A DNA stretch of 64,000 bases from Klebsormidium nitens (Eukaryota; Plantae; Klebsormidiophyceae): NCBI GenBank assembly GCA_000708835.1, contig DF237105.1, positions 106,328-170,327 on the forward strand. The letters run 5' to 3'. A program made the translations under genes and the position numbers. Shown here piece after piece: positions 62,401 through 64,000 of this stretch. Position 1 is the first letter of the stretch, and every line of letters begins with the position of its first letter. Below the pieces are notes generated by a model, which did no database searches, had not been told where the DNA came from, and worked only from the letters and a program-made list of their open reading frames with translations.

Positions 62401-63456
62401 TAGAACTGCCTTGGATGGCAAATCAATATGTTTCTCGCAAACAAGTTGAGTCCAGCTTTTTCGAGCAGCCTATAATTGAAATCGTCCTTGTACTCTTTTC
62501 AGATCTCTAGTATAATATCTGGAACTCTTTGAGACGTCTGCTGATGATATTCCCAATCGTCATTCGTGCATGACAGGTGACGCCTATCGCAAGGCAGGTA
62601 CGGACGCCTACGGCGACATTCGGTTCCGGACAATGCTGGCGAAGGCGTGCGGCGTCGACGTCGACCATCAGCCTGTACCCGATCAGTTGATCGTGACGAT
62701 CGCTCGGCTTGCACTGGTCGAGGTTGTGGTACGTACTCTCTAACCCTGTCCAGATCGGCCACCCCGACTGGGTGGCTCATTTGCTAGATGCAGATTGAGC
62801 ATTCTTTCAAACTTCGTCGAAACACGTCTCCTTCCAAATAATCTGCGAAGGGCTAGCTCCTCAATCTTTCCAATATACAGAGGGGACTGCGGTGATGGAA
62901 TCAGAAGCGCTTCCACCCTTTATGCCGTTGGATTGGCGTACACTCGTGCAGCGTAAAAGCAGCTCGGAAGTAGTCGACCATTTTTTTTATCGCGCGTGCA
63001 CCTTCCATTCTGTGGCCAGTCGGATTGTTCGGCAGCCTGGAGAGCTCTGATAACTTAGTAAAATGTCGAGCCTGATCGAGGACCGTATCATTGGGACATG
63101 TCCAGCTCAAACTGTAAGAAATGCACACCGTTGTCCTCGTTTGTACCAACCTGATGGTGCCCGGTACCAAGCTGACAGGGCCTCTCCTTTTGCCGCAGCT
63201 GGAGCTACATTTCCGGGGCATCAAGCGGTTGGAGAAGCAAGAGGCGAAGATGCTTCAAGTACGGGAGGAGGCTCTAGCTGGAGAGACCCGAATCAGCGCG
63301 TTTGTACTCGTTGTGGCACCAGAAGACCCTTCGGTTTGTCCGATGAGGCTTCAGAGCCGTGCAGGAGAGCGCGCGAAGGCACTGGCAGCAGCCGGGGCAA
63401 ATGAAAATGGTTCGACGGAGCAAACCCACGACAGCGCAGCGAACCCGAATCAGTAG
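59427..63456 (+). CDS. Spliced accessory protein of unknown function with a D/E-rich tract and basic NLS-like motif; 5' end in the gap
   Basis: Segments 59427-59831 (DNESDEESGEDDD..), ~60260-60404 (RKKRKK), 60731-~60994, 61847-~62143 (FEELYEDFIQAHQMDKFRMKRGQAVSTIRAAATKWY), ~62577-62727 and a probable last exon to 63456. Phases are consistent for the first three junctions. Confidence 0.6.
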
Positions 63457-63829
63457 TTAGATTAGCCAGTTTAGCTCGTTGTGATAACCACTGAAGTACT
63501 TCGTCACTACTTATGCATCTCATTTGACAAGACTTGGTCGGTATCCACACGGGCCCTTAGTGTCTAGAAGTAGAGTGTTGTCCCCGTATTGTTGTTGAGA
63601 CTGTTGAGAGTTGTAACATTGAAGGTTGTAACAGTTCAAGCGTTGTATCATGATCCAGTTTGCTCCAAGCGTTCTTCCAGATGAGATCGAAGTCGAGACA
63701 GCCATACAACTTGGAATGTGTGATGCATGTATCCCTGAATCATGATATCGTGCTTCTTACCACCTCCGTTGAAATGATGCTCAATCAACACGAAACGAGC
63801 GCTCGTTCAAGTAGGCATGCCCTTGTTGA

Positions 63830-64000
63830 TAATGTACGTGACTTGACGTTGAAAGATTATCGTCAAGTAAAATCAACAGCCGGCTGTTGATTTTACTTCG
63901 TTATATGCCGTTGATTCACAATCAACATTGATCATCCATTAAATCCAGTGTTGATTTTATTTGGTGTTGATTTTCTGTTGTTTCAACATGCGATCGACAA
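63830..64000. repeat. Right subterminal repeat region including a perfect 34-bp palindrome
   Basis: AAGTAAAATCAACAGCC|GGCTGTTGATTTTACTT at 63865-63898, plus repeated GTTGATT motifs to the window end. Confidence 0.8.

Larger units (their letters stand above)
47741..64000 (+). mobile_element. Probable large Plavaka (CACTA/CMC-related) DNA transposon, >16 kb, right end just beyond the window
   Basis: Plavaka-type transposase near the left end. 47769-47826 aligns ungapped with the reverse complement of 63943-64000 (about 12 mismatches in 58 nt). Both ends are rich in AAATCAAC/GTTGATTT motifs. The candidate terminus CCCTGGCGACC is at 47741. Confidence 0.6.

Noticed and set aside
1-64000. tRNA or rRNA genes
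   Set aside because: No cloverleaf or conserved rRNA segments recognised by eye; a tRNAscan-SE/Infernal run would be needed to exclude them.

Overview
Eukaryotic, intron-rich, plant-lineage genomic DNA with three N-gaps. Gene content and intron style suggest a streptophyte alga such as Klebsormidium (inference). Left to right: a frameshifted EID1-like F-box pseudogene; a 138-bp TIR element filled with telomere-like repeats; an unidentified decayed coding relic; a spliced Ig-like + SGNH/PC-esterase gene (+); an intronless frameshifted multi-TM gene (-); an 18-kb HASTY/exportin-5 gene (-) divergent from a ~2,600-aa coiled-coil gene (+); and from ~47.7 kb to the window end a probable >16-kb Plavaka (CACTA-related) DNA transposon. 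That element holds an apparently intact spliced transposase, a non-RD protein kinase and an acidic accessory gene between inverted subterminal repeats. Two signals stand out. (1) At least nine exon junctions in two unrelated genes have polarised tandem arrays of decayed 'echo' copies of the splice site plus the adjacent exon end. Acceptor copies lie upstream of the live exon, donor copies downstream, and units are mostly ~125-190 bp with a mode near 150. (2) The large cargo-carrying Plavaka element. Exon boundaries were read by eye from GT/AG signals and frame continuity; family names come from remembered motifs, not database searches.
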